Shown here: positions 50,383 through 62,498 of the stretch, one piece after another
Position numbering within the stretch: the first letter of the stretch is position 1
How the letters are laid out: every line of letters begins with the position of its first letter
Assembly (NCBI GenBank): GCA_964187785.1
Contig: OZ076409.1
Span: 65,102,001 to 65,166,000 of the forward strand
From: Amphiscolops sp. MND2022
Taxonomy: Eukaryota
DNA length: 64,000 bases
Direction: 5' to 3'
Translations under genes and position numbers: made by a program
Notes under the pieces: generated by a model
Database searches by the model: none
What the model saw: the letters and a program-made list of their open reading frames with translations, nothing else
Told to the model about the DNA's origin: nothing

Positions 50383-51624
50383 CCTGTTGAAAACACTTCA
50401 ACAACCCTGGATCCTCCCTCTGATATATCTCCATCAGCTCCAAGTATTCCTTCCCCACCTGAATCTTCAGTATCTAGCACTACAAACTCTAGTAATGTAA
50501 CTCCTACTACTCCTTCTAAAAGATCAAGATCATACATCTCTGAAACCACCTCTTCTTCCCTTCTTCACAGACCACCTATAACTGAAATTCCTATAAACAC
50601 TCGTCCTCAACAAACTCCTATTAACACTCCTATTATACATATAATAAACCCTGAAAGTGTTGAACAATACTTAACATACAAACATCCTACAGCTATCAAA
50701 ACTGTTAGACTACAACCTCAACTTAATCTTGTACAAATCCCTGCTACTGAATATACAAAGCTACCTTCACTAAAATTACCTTCAGAACTTAGCACTACTT
50801 CTTCAAAACTTTATCCACCATTAAAACCCCTTCGAAAACCCTCTACATCACTCTCAAATCTTTTAGACAATAATACTTCAGATTACGCTCCATCACAAGA
50901 CACACGCTCCCTTTTTGTACCTAAACATAGATATAACCTTCGTGACCTCCCTTCACGTAGACTTAGTACAGACACTTCAACACTCAATTTTTCTGCTCTT
51001 TCTAGCAATTCTGCACTACGACTTGTAAGACAACACGCTCAACCATTGTCCTCTGACGCATCATCTTCAGAACTCTTTCAATCTCCTTATTTTACTTCTG
51101 GTTTTGAAACCGCTTCATTACTCTCATCTAACCCTCAGACTGCATTTTTATCAGGAGACCTTTTTTCACAAGTAGTAATCCCTACTCCCGTTCCTGCACA
51201 AATTAGACTATCCGAATACTATACTGCAGAACACTCTAGACCCCCAACTCAAAATTTTGCTGACTATCCACTTAGAGTCGATGGTATTACCATCTACGAC
51301 CCACAAAACGACCCCCGATTTCCAATTCTTGCAGAACGTTTCATTAATAACAACGACCTCTTATCTCACAAACGCAAAGAAACAGAACTAAAACGCCTTC
51401 AGACACCAAATCTAGAACTTAAATTTGAAGTCAAAGTCAAATTTCAAGGATTAAATCCACACCCAATATTTCACGTTTCTAAAATAGAACATAAAACCTC
51501 TCCTGCTCCTTTTGAAGTAGTACATATTGAATTTGAACGCGATCTTAATATACCCACTATCACATATGGCAACATTGTCTTCTGTAACCCATATTCCGGT
51601 CTTAAATATACAACATCTTTTTAA
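50383..51624 (+). CDS. ORF between pol and env, 413 stop-free codons without ATG; S/T/P-rich N-half, globular-looking C-half
   Basis: Frame of track ORF 51046-51624 read manually and found open back to 50383. Confidence 0.6.
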   Translation, partial: PVENTSTTLDPPSDISPSAPSIPSPPESSVSSTTNSSNVTPTTPSKRSRSYISETTSSSLLHRPPITEIPINTRPQQTPINTPIIHIINPESVEQYLTYKHPTAIKTVRLQPQLNLVQIPATEYTKLPSLKLPSELSTTSSKLYPPLKPLRKPSTSLSNLLDNNTSDYAPSQDTRSLFVPKHRYNLRDLPSRRLSTDTSTLNFSALSSNSALRLVRQHAQPLSSDASSSELFQSPYFTSGFETASLLSSNPQTAFLSGDLFSQVVIPTPVPAQIRLSEYYTAEHSRPPTQNFADYPLRVDGITIYDPQNDPRFPILAERFINNNDLLSHKRKETELKRLQTPNLELKFEVKVKFQGLNPHPIFHVSKIEHKTSPAPFEVVHIEFERDLNIPTITYGNIVFCNPYSGLKYTTSF

Positions 51625-54273
51625 ACCTTACACAACCTTTTACATAACAAATCTAATACTTTATTTACATTTATTTAACTCTACCTTTGCCATACCCACA
51701 ACACCCTCTGACACAGAAAACTATCTTCCATTGGATGACCCGAATATTACAAATCTCATGGTTTCTCATTATGACTGTGCAAAACAACACAATCTGAGAC
51801 AATTTAACCTACTCAATGTAAAACAATGCACTGAAGCTCCTTCCGACATTAAGCATGCAAGTGTTAAAGCCCGTGTATATGTCCGAGCAAAAGCTAAACG
51901 CATCAAAGCTTTCAAATGTGTTGCTCATGCAAAAAAGGAAAGGAAAATATGCTTTCAAGGTTCCGTAAAATACCGTCGTGTTGATAGAACCGTATGGAAT
52001 CATAATACATTACCACTCCCTGTTACTCTTGATCCAGTAGAATGTAAAAACATTATAAGACATTTAAATGGTACAAATGATAAAATACTGAACAACCTTC
52101 AATACAACAAAACTTTTACACTCTTAGAAGATCATTATTTTCAAGAACGTTTAGAACAATATCAAACCCTTTTCACTGTATATCAATTGAACAAAATGTA
52201 TACAGGTACATTTAAATTTATGCCTGCTGATAAAAACTGGATATATGACCCTACTCAAAACCCTTATCATAACTGTCCTGCTCATCACCAATTCGAAGTC
52301 AACTTAGTTAGTTGGCGACTAGAAATTTCTGAAGTAGAACTTACATATGATGACACATCTAATGACATGATAATCGATGGACATACATTACCCTGCTACT
52401 TTGCAGATGGTTTCTGTAAACCCACTACAAAAACTCCTTTTACTCTTGTTTGGTTCAATGATGATTATTGTCTAATTTTTACCTTACAAGACTTTATTGG
52501 ACGTATGACTAAAATTGAAGATAGATATTGGATTGAAACAGACTCTTTTGTACATTCTCCACATCCAATAAAATCTAAAACAGCTTCTGGTATCAAAGGT
52601 ACAGAACATCCCTATGTTTATGCTCCTCATACACAACATCCAAATAATCCAAGTCTTTCAAGATTTGAAGTTTTTCCTACAGCACAAACCTTTTGTGGTA
52701 AACCAGACCCTCTTTATTCTACACAATATTCAGACCTTTTTGTTACATACACTGATGGTTTCAATATGCATACAGGACAACCCAATCCTCATTCCATGAT
52801 TGATGATTATATTTCTGGTAAAATAGTATTGGACACTTCAAATAACAAATTTGTATTCCCTGCATTAAATGTATCAAACAATTTTGCTACCATTGATTAT
52901 GATGCACATATAAACACCAAAATCGATTATACTATTAATCATGTTTTCCGATCAATGACAGTACAAGAACTAAATACTCTTCATACAATATGTGAACTAG
53001 AACGAAACCAATTCCTTACAATACTCGCAATGTCAGTACAAAACCCTCAACTTGCTGGTTTCCTCTTAACCGGTAATAGAAGTAACTTCTTATACGTTGA
53101 AGGCTCAACCGCCTGGCTTTACGACTGTCTTCATTTTTTATCTCCTTTATACAAAGCAGATAGATGCTTTGACCGTATACCCATACATTTTAAAGATACC
53201 TTAATGTACGTTGATCCTATTACAAGACAAACTTATGATTATGCTACACCAATTACATGTGATAATAATCCACGTAACATTATTGAACTAGATCCTGATT
53301 CAGACGACCAAGACTTTTACATTCTTGGACCTGAACCTATTAAACGCAAACCTCCACTAATGTTTACACCTTCGCAAATCAAAACTACAATACGCCCTAA
53401 TACTTTTACAGCCCAAGATGCTGGTATATATTCAAATGCAGAACTTGATCAATTTTGGAACCGTATTTTATTTTCTAAACATTCTGACTCTACACTCCAA
53501 TTACTAGGCAAAGCTCTTAGTTATTCCTTCATTTCATCTAATACTCCAAAATACGATGCAGATTCCCCTCAAGACTTTGGTAATCCTTACAATACATTAC
53601 GTATAGGACTCCATGATAAATTCTTGAATTTAACTCCTCTTTTTACACCTACATGGTTTTCAGATGCTTTTATTGCACTTTTTGGATACCCTTGTTACAT
53701 TCTCACACAATGTGGTATATACTTTCCTACATTTCTTTTCGCACAAGCTACATTAACACTCATAGTCAAACTTTACAAAACAATATCTATTAAATATAAT
53801 CTCAAAAATAATATTACTTGATTTAGTTCTATGGCACATGGTTTTTTTAATGTTCTTACAGCACGAATGGTCAGTGACCTCCATGAGACTCAAAACAAAA
53901 AACCCAAAAGTACACTTTTAAAATCCAAATCTTTAGATAATTTTATTGACACTTCTCCAAATCTAATTAACCATTCTACAGATGTTACTTCCCCTCCACT
54001 TTTCTACACTAAACGTCCTAACAAATTAAATTTCCTAAATTTAAATTGTTTCCGAAACTACACCACAATTCTCACCATAAAACAGCTCCACTTCCTTTCT
54101 CTCCTGTTCAACATCCTCCACTTCCTAATTATACTCAAAAAAACTTTCACTCGAATGACAATCTAACTACTCAACATGACACTTTAATTAACAATCCTGT
54201 CACTTCTACTACGGATACACCAAATAAAATCTATTCGCGGATAAACTATCCTTTCCCTCCTCCATCTTCTTGA
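51566..54273 (+). CDS. env: env: class III (herpesvirus gB / chuvirus G-like) fusion glycoprotein; premature TGA at 53819 and a frameshift in the tail
   Basis: Signal-like N-terminus; Cys pattern YDC..., LPC...GFC...TLVW, FCG...LYST, ICELERNQ...NPQLAGFLL, CFDRIPI...VDPITR...C; N-glycosylation sequons; C-terminal hydrophobic anchor. Confidence 0.8.
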
Positions 54274-54536
54274 ACTTTCTCTCAGTTTTTCTGTAACTCT
54301 CTTTCAGTACACTTGCCTACGATCTCTTCACAATTGCTACTCCTCCACCGCTCAAAACTCTTGCAGAAGTTCATCTTCCTCAGCCCAACAATACTTCTCT
54401 AATAATAACCGTCTTCAAAAACTCTTCAACTAAAGTTGATAAATCCACTCGTTAGTGTAATTTATAGTACTTTCACTTTAAAGTGCTAAGGCCTCTTGGA
54501 ATAGATAACACTGTGATTGTTGATGTTTTTAAAACA

Positions 54537-55656
54537 ATGACACAAGCACAAATTGACCTACGAACACAGCTTGAACAAGCAACCCCAACAGATCTTATAA
54601 CTAGACCTCTTTCAAATGATTCTCCTGTTCTCTATATCGAAACTTCAGAACAAACACCTCCAACTTTTCTTGAACCAATGGAACACACAAAAGTTGGAAA
54701 CGAAAATTCAAAACCTACTCCTCCACAAGATGATACTGATCATACACAATCGACACCACCTCCTCCAAAAAAACGATATGCAATAATGAAAGATCCAATC
54801 TTTCTTTCATCACCAATATATCCTCCTTCAATACCTTCAAAAATTTCACTTTGCACGAATCGCGACGATCATTTGATCTCAATTCTTTCTACTGACGATT
54901 TCGTCTTCAAAGCACAGCTAACTTCTCTATATATGCATCCTACTGACTACTCATTTCGATTATATGACAAAAATCAAGACTTCTTCACATCCATTGCTTC
55001 CAAAATAATGGGTCTATACCAATATTGGCTCGAAAATGGAGTTAAAATTTTCTCTCTCCAATTCAATTTTCTTCGACCTTCAATATACGATCTCAAAACA
55101 GATGAATCTGATCCATCTTTTCTCTCTATAGCACAAAAGCTACTCATCATCAAACATATACTAAACTCCTGCAATACACGAAACCACAAAATCACATTTT
55201 TGTCAATTACAAATATACATCACCGTTCACAATGACAAATATGTACACTCTGGACCACTCCTGTATAACAGGCTACCTTCGAAACTATGACCCTATAAAA
55301 CAATACTTCTGTTTGCTTCCATACAACAATACTTCACCCCCACTTATTGTACCTCAAGAATATCTCATACATTACGATGATTTTTGTTGCCTTGCAACAT
55401 TCCTACTCAAATTGTCAAACCTCTTACTGTTATTAAACACCTAGTATCTTCTCCACTTGACGATAAAGATAGAACATACTATACAGCACTCTACAAGCAA
55501 ACGTATTCCTACAACGAACTTCTCTTTATCTCTGCCAAAACTATCTCTTTCATGGTACAAGCTGAACAAAAAACTGAACATAAATCACACGCTTCACCTA
55601 TAAAAAACGCTCCTGACAAATTTTCCTCTGTATTAAACAACCGAACACCGACATAA
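54537..55656 (+). pseudogene. Post-env accessory ORF, apparently broken by frameshifts
   Basis: Overlapping ORFs 54483-55235, 55232-55444 and 55384-55656 tile continuously; PPPKKR NLS-like motif. Confidence 0.5.
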
Positions 55657-56276
55657 CAAATTTACTTGAACCCTATAAACGAAACTCCTCTGAAACACCT
55701 ATCACAACACTCACACATATACTACACTGCTACGACAGAACACACAAACTCCTTCAGACACTCGATTTAGACTCCCAACGCATCACTCAATCATCCCAAG
55801 CAATCCAATCTGCTTTGGAAACTATAACTACTCTTTTTAACTCAACTAATCTTCATTAAACTCTTCTACAGGTAATATAAAGTTCTTAATTTTTCTTCTT
55901 TGGTACACTTTATGATACATCTGTGGCATATTTTAAAAGGTATTTTCATTTTTACCTACTTATTTAAAGTAAATTCTTGCTTTTGAATGAAATCTCAGGA
56001 CTATTTTTCAAGTACACTATTTTTTCCTACAGTACATGTCAAAAAGCTAACTATTTCTATCAAAAAACTACAATACAAGACATACAAGACAATATAACAC
56101 AACACTACATATGATACATTATAGCACCCAATTTTGTTGTACATCTTTGCCCTGATATTGTCATTCTTCTTACACTTCCTTTGTTTTAGAAACATCCATT
56201 CTTCTTCCTCCTCCTTCCATTCTCTTTCAGAACATCTCCACTTCTCCTTTTTCGTCCTCTACAGGACTCTCTCGTC

Positions 56277-56729
56277 ATGGCCCCCAACGCTGAAATACAA
56301 GATATAATAACAATGACTTCCAGCCACTCAAAAGTTCATAGCCTAAAAGCAGCTATTTTTCACACAATGGCCTACAAACTTTCCCTGGAGATCAACAACA
56401 ATAAAATAACGCCAAAATCTCTTATCGCCTTTCTGAAAGTCTTATATAATGTCGCCCAAATCAAAAAGGAACACATTACATTTGAACAATATTCAAGGAT
56501 TCATGTCGCCGGACCAAAAATTGCCATTTGTGAAACGGCTTCTAACGTCGTTTTTGTGTTAAACTCGGCGTTCACGTCTAAAGACCAATATTTTCAAGCT
56601 GCCCTACACGAAGCCACAAACGCATTTAACGAGATGCTTCATAGTTTTGGATATACCCAGAAACTAGAACACTATGACCCTCATCAACATCAGGCACATC
56701 CACCTCAACAACATCCTCTCTACAACTAA
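56277..56729 (+). CDS. Accessory ORF, 150 aa, unknown function
   Basis: GTCATGG start preceded by a long pyrimidine tract and CTACAG acceptor at 56264; protein-like composition. Confidence 0.6.
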   Translation: MAPNAEIQDIITMTSSHSKVHSLKAAIFHTMAYKLSLEINNNKITPKSLIAFLKVLYNVAQIKKEHITFEQYSRIHVAGPKIAICETASNVVFVLNSAFTSKDQYFQAALHEATNAFNEMLHSFGYTQKLEHYDPHQHQAHPPQQHPLYN

Positions 56730-58128
56730 AACAATGTTCTACTTACTTTTATCACTCTTCAACTCCAACTCTTCTTGAATCCATCATTCTTTTTCAATGA
56801 TGTTTGAGATGTAGCTGTCGATCACTCCTTCAAAGAACTCCTACACATGCTGAAACTCTTCACTTCACCCATCCACGATGGTCAACAACATCCATCTCCA
56901 ATTTGGGTTCATCGACGTTGCCAAACTTTGTCCTCGTCACTGGTCTTCACACTCCACGATGACTTCTTAACTGGTCTTCCCACCTCAAATGCTGACTTCT
57001 TGACTGGTTTTCAAACTCTAATGGACTGTACTCCACTCCAAATTTCAAACATTATAATCAAAACTTGACTCAATTTTCAAACTGAACTGTATAATCAATT
57101 TTAACCAATATACCTTGTACCTTATTTTAATCAAATTATAACTTTAACATAGTATAGTGCTATATACCCTTATCTAATCTTTAATGCTATATACTCTTAT
57201 CTAATCTTAATCTTCTGTAATCGCATTATGATTACCCCATTATAGTAAAATCCCTTCAAAATTCTACCGATAATTATCTTTGTAACCACAATATTATCTG
57301 CTCCTATTGTCTTGTGTATAGTACATTGACTTAATCTTATCTCATTATGTTGTTACATCTATAATACACTTCAAAAATATATCTCCAATACCCATCTTTT
57401 ACAGAACACAAGTCCTACTTACAGTACAAGAAATTTTCTAAGATTTTTGGACAAAAATTTTACTTTTACAAAACATGTTCTACATTTTTGTTTTAATCCC
57501 CAAAAGCATTCCCAAAAATTTTCCAAATTTTTCATTAGAACTCTTGAAAAATGTCACTTCTAGTTTTCCAATGTTTGAAACTTGAAATAGCCAAAGTTTT
57601 ATTTCAACTTTTGCTTCTGCTCTACTCTTTACTTTTGTTGAAAATGAACTCTCACTAGAACCTTGACTTTTCGAAACTTCTTCACTTTTGGTTCACATAC
57701 CCGCTAATGTTGGTTCACAACTCATTGACAACTTCACGCTTTAATTCTTCAACTTGGAAAGTTTTCAATGCTGATTAACTCATGTTGATGCAAGAATTTT
57801 TTCAAACAAGCCGATGGCTGATACAAAAAAAGAAACATGAAATGATAAATAGTTGTCAACAATAACTTCAAAGAGCTTGTCAGTCGAAGAAACTGAAAGA
57901 ACTTGAACCTTGCTTGAACCTTTTTGCACCAATTGAATCGTCTATGACGTAAGAAGTCAAATCGTCTTACGTTGTTCTCACTCCTTAAGTATGGTACTCT
58001 ACAAAACGAAACTCATGCAACTCTAGTACAACACATATGAAACAAACCCATGCATATAACAAAAACTTCTAGAACTCCTCAAACCCAAAGTGCATATAAG
58101 TAATTTTATTTTTAAATTCCCGGTTGAT

Positions 58129-58529
58129 TGTGATGCCATGATGCATGTCCTCAAAGATTCTATAAATCTGAAATACTCTGAACTCTTAACCAAAGCAATT
58201 AGTAAATGTAATCTAATTTAGAAGCTAAGAAACTTCATTTAATAGATCCTGTATCAAGCTCCCCTGCTTCATCCTGTTGCTGTCACATTGTTAATTGATG
58301 TAACCTACCCTAGTTAATAGAATATATCTACTCGGAGAAATTGAGAATTCATCCAAACAATCGGTCTTCCTTCCATACTTCAAGAACTGAGATCTCAGAA
58401 ATAGATTGTACTCAGAACTAGCTAGCTACAAGATATAGGATAAGACGACTCTGCTGTTAAAATCTTAGACTTCTTATGTCAGTACTAACACTTCTAAAAG
58501 AAACCACCACACAACTTTTTAACAGCTCA
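58129..58529 (+). repeat. 3' LTR of element B
   Basis: Copy of 40650-41050, followed by the TSD TAAT. Confidence 0.95.
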
Positions 58530-59391
58530 TAATGCTGAAAAAAACCCTGAAGAAGGACTTTTTTTTAGACTTTACTATCATCTGCTCTTTTTACGAAAGC
58601 GCTGACGAAGTCACTGCAATAGCAGTGTACTTTTCTCTTTTCGATAAGCGCTGACGAAAAAGAGCTATTCAAGTTCTCGACTTTCACTTTTGAGAACCAA
58701 TGAGAATGGTAACTTTCAATTGAAAATCAATGAGTTTTCATTTTGTAGATTTGGAAAAGTGCCAAAAATTCCTTGTTCTTGAATGTTCCCCGACATCACT
58801 TCTGTTTCTCATGAGGTTTTCGATCTGTTTCGCAAAGAGCTCCTGCACCCCTAGAAAGACATAAATCAAATTCAGCCAATTGAGAGTTTTTCTGATGACA
58901 TATATAGCTCCCTCCCCTACTGGAAACATCAAAAAATCCAAAGGATTTTCCTTCAATGTTTTCCTCTCAGTGGCAAAGGTGTGCTTTAAGCTAGCAAAAC
59001 GCCGAAAACATTCATGAAATCAAAGGGCTACTGTTTGAACAAGTGGATGTTTTTTCGGAAAAAAAGTCGAATAGTGCCGACGAAACCGTAGGTCTTTTTC
59101 GAAATTTTTGAGAAAATTATCATCCTATCATCCGTCCCAAAGGACAAAAACATCGAGCCCGTTCTCAAGATTCGGAAAGCGGGTCTCCTTACCTGAAACT
59201 CCAAAAAAAAGCTAAATTGGTTTCACAAATTTTCTTGGAAAGTTTTTTCAAAATGTCGCAAAGTGCCGATTGAAATAAAGTGTCCCTCCGTGCATGCAAA
59301 ACGCTTTGTATCTGCGGAAATCACAGGGGTTACTCCAGTTGAGAACTTCGGAAAAAACGCATAATGCTGAAAAAACCCTGAAGAAGGACTC
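58530..59391. repeat. Remainder of the satellite (~1 monomer, more diverged)
   Basis: Resumes at TAATGCTGAAAAAA, exactly where block 2 was interrupted. Confidence 0.9.
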
Positions 59392-61269
59392 TTTTGTCTC
59401 GCCTCTACTTTTGCAATGATAAAACACTTTTGGTTCAGTGCAAGAATTGGACGTATGTACTCCTGCTTCTCAGACCTTAAAAAATCCGGGTTGAACGATA
59501 AGCCACGTGGCAGTGAGGAGTTACAATTCATTGTTTTAGAAATGTTTATAGAAATCTGTCAGTTCGCTAGTCTCAAAAAACCTTCCATTGTCGTGTTTTT
59601 TCTTACGAAAAGAGTAGACTAATTGTCATGTTTAGTCATTGTTTTATAAACGACTGCTAAAAGGCCTATTCTTTAATTTTTTCTCAATCCAATCGAAGTT
59701 TTTACAGAAGTTCTACAATACGCCTGAGATCTGAAGGATGTCAAGTTTTGACATTTTCATTTGGATTGCAAAGACATTTGTAGTTTTTTACGGTGCGCTA
59801 TTATCGCTTGGAAATTTTTTCATCTCACAAAAAGTTCTCGCGTTGCTTTTTAATGTTTTCCAGTTCAATAAAAAAGTTTTAAAACCCAGAGGTTCCCCGC
59901 CTCTGCGTTATTTGCACTGTTCATTTTCCCCACTTTTTTTCCGGAGTTTTTGCCAAGAGTCCCTTTTTGAAATTTTCGTGCGAATCAAGTCGAAAAGAAT
60001 AATGCGGACTTTGTAGGTTTATTTATTTCCAGAGAACTGAACGGAATTGATTGAATGGATAATTATAACAAATGAGTTTGACCCGATTGGAACTTAAAAG
60101 TTTGGCTTCCATTGTCACGGTATATTGCATTTAACTTTATATCTAATCTGTACCCGTGTTATTCGCTAAATTGGTAAATGAAAGATACTCTTGTATTTTG
60201 ATCCAAATGTCGGACACTTTAGTTCTTGAGACTTGTAAAACTTAGATTTCAAAACGAAATTTTCGCATCTTTTCCAATGAATATTTAAGCAAATATTTAA
60301 ATTAGGGGAAAAGTTGCCAGATATTTCACTTAAAATTGGTTCGGATTTAAATGATTGCCCGGTGCAGTTGTATTTTGCAATCTGGCTGATTTCACCGCGC
60401 TTTATGATCGTCCACAAAGGTAAAAAATTCCAAAAGTTACCGGTATGTCTTTCCATTGATTCAAAAAAACCAATTTTCAAAAAACATATTTTAAATATCA
60501 AGAAGTAAAATTTACATAAAAGCAAAAAAAAATGTATTGAGCTATACGGTACCCTATGAATATCCTGTAGTAAAATTTCAGAAATAGCTGGTATTCGGTT
60601 ACAACCTTAGTTAAGATCTTGCCATGGTATGCAAGTTTTCAATGTAAGATGTGTTCTCTAGACAGCCAAACTCTTGGATGCAGCTAGTTAACAAATACAA
60701 ATTTAAATACATTTACTTCTTATGAGCCCGGAAACGCCCCTTCTAAATTCTTGTCCCAAAGTCAAGTTCACGCCTAGTCTACTCGAATTTTGAAGTTCTT
60801 GTTCAAACGTTTGCAATAGTTATTCTCTTCTGTGTCTATATTTGGACCGTTTTTCGACAACCTTTTTTGATGCCAAGTACTCACCTTTTTGTTTGCTTGT
60901 TTTGATATCATTGACTTTGTTTATTTTCGTAGCTCGATCCCATCTGCGGCTTTTGTTGTGTAATCAGTTAATTTGTTGTTTTCTTTGGGTACTTGTCCAA
61001 GTAAAGAAGTAGAAGGTTTCTAGCTCCTTTGACGAATAAATTGACCCGGGGCAAAGTACATCGCCCAATTGTTGGCCTACTTATTTGATTCAAATACGTA
61101 ATTCTTATTTCATGATGAATAGACTTGAATAAATGTTCTATCTATCGAACGACCGTCTTAAATAGATGACTGAAATATCTGTCATTCCGAACGATCTTCG
61201 GACTTTTTGTTTTAATTTCAGGCTGGAACTTCAACTAACAAACTTAATATCCATAACTTTGCTTTTCAG

Positions 61270-61908
61270 TTTACCCGAAAGTTGCAGTCACAAATTCTAC
61301 TCTCGCCAATCCTCTTCTGAACAACTCGCACACAGGGTTGTCTCATATGCACCCTGTTCAAAAATGGTGTACGGTCGTATTCTATACAACAGTCTCGGCA
61401 AGTATTTGCTGTCGAAAACGAACCAACTTTTAGACTATGTCGAAGTGCAATTAGACGAGGGTGGATTGACCCCAGCCCTTGATGGTCACAATCACTGTCA
61501 CGACCTGACCTCTCATTCGAGTTCTAGTTGTGGGTCAATCAGCAGTGGGCGCTCGACCCCAAATGCCTCCTGCTCAGAAGCCAGTGACTCAGATGACCTC
61601 ACACCCACCAATTCGATGACCTTTATACCCCAATCATCAGATTTTACAGATGAAGGCGAGGAGGAAACGATGGAGCAAAAAGTTCTGCGTAGATGTCCAT
61701 GCACTAGCTACCACTGCTGTGGGAAGACTGGCTACTCAACAACTGCCAGGGTTTCCAAGAAGGGTGACCAAATAAGGATATCCACCATCCACACCTTACG
61801 TTCCAGAAACAGGCCGAACAGTTTAGTGACAGACTATTTCACCTCCAAAGCCATAGTCGACTCAGACAGCGAATCGGGGTTTTCAGAAGCGTCCGACTGC
61901 AGTGGAAG
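61270..61908 (+). CDS. Possible host-gene coding exon (Ser/acidic-rich), unidentified
   Basis: Higher-GC core of ORF 61166-62113, bounded by TTTTCAG and AAG|GT; in-frame ATG at 61364; no recognisable domain. Confidence 0.35.
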
Positions 61909-62498
61909 GTCTGTACTTCTTTTTCATTCGTTAAGGTTGAAAACACAATTTGAAAAGTTATCATTATTATCATCATTATTAATACTGAATCTATTATTAA
62001 TCAGCAGCAGAGAGCATAAAACAACACGAAAACCCTCTGAATTTACCGATGATCGATCACTAGGTTCAAATATCAAATCTTCATTTCCTGACTTCAAGAA
62101 CTTTATTTGGTGACTTATTTGTTAGTCCTCTTTTATAAATTTTTCAACTGTTTCCGGGGGGCTGATCCATAAAGGAAAATTCCAATCTCAAGCAATATTA
62201 AATCTAATTGTTTGTCTCCCCGAACCGAAACATTTTAGAAACGATATTTGTATTCTGAAAATCTTGACCAATCAGCGATCATCATTTGTGTGCACCAGAG
62301 TTTGAAACCATTTTGACGAAGTCTTTGGAAGAATATACATGTACAGTAGTAAGAACCTAAATATTTGTTGCTTTAAGAACCTGTATAATGCTTTAACTCT
62401 TCTCGGGCCGAAACTGAAGAGGACGTAGCGCAGCCGGCGCCGCCGCATCGGAAATAAGAGTAAGTTTACAGTATACAATAGTTGTAATTGTAGAAGTA

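Larger units (their letters stand above)
40650..58529 (+). mobile_element. Element B: 17.9-kb env-bearing, retrovirus-like LTR retroelement (PR-RT-RH-IN order), mildly decayed
   Basis: 401-bp TG...CA LTRs; 4-bp TSD TAAT (40646-40649, 58530-58533) splits the satellite motif GCGCATAATGCTG; gag, pol, env and extra ORFs all on the plus strand. Confidence 0.96.
22794..59622 (-). mobile_element. HINE-like element whose interior has expanded into the satellite (second left end at ~31374 through duplication)
   Basis: Left AAAACATGCCGAGAAGTGCCCAAGTCGGAGC resembles the HINE end AAAACAAGACGGGAACGTCTAAAGTCGGCGC; right GTCGTG...GAAAAGAGTAGACTAA resembles GTCGGG...GAAAAGCGCCGACTAA. Confidence 0.55.
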
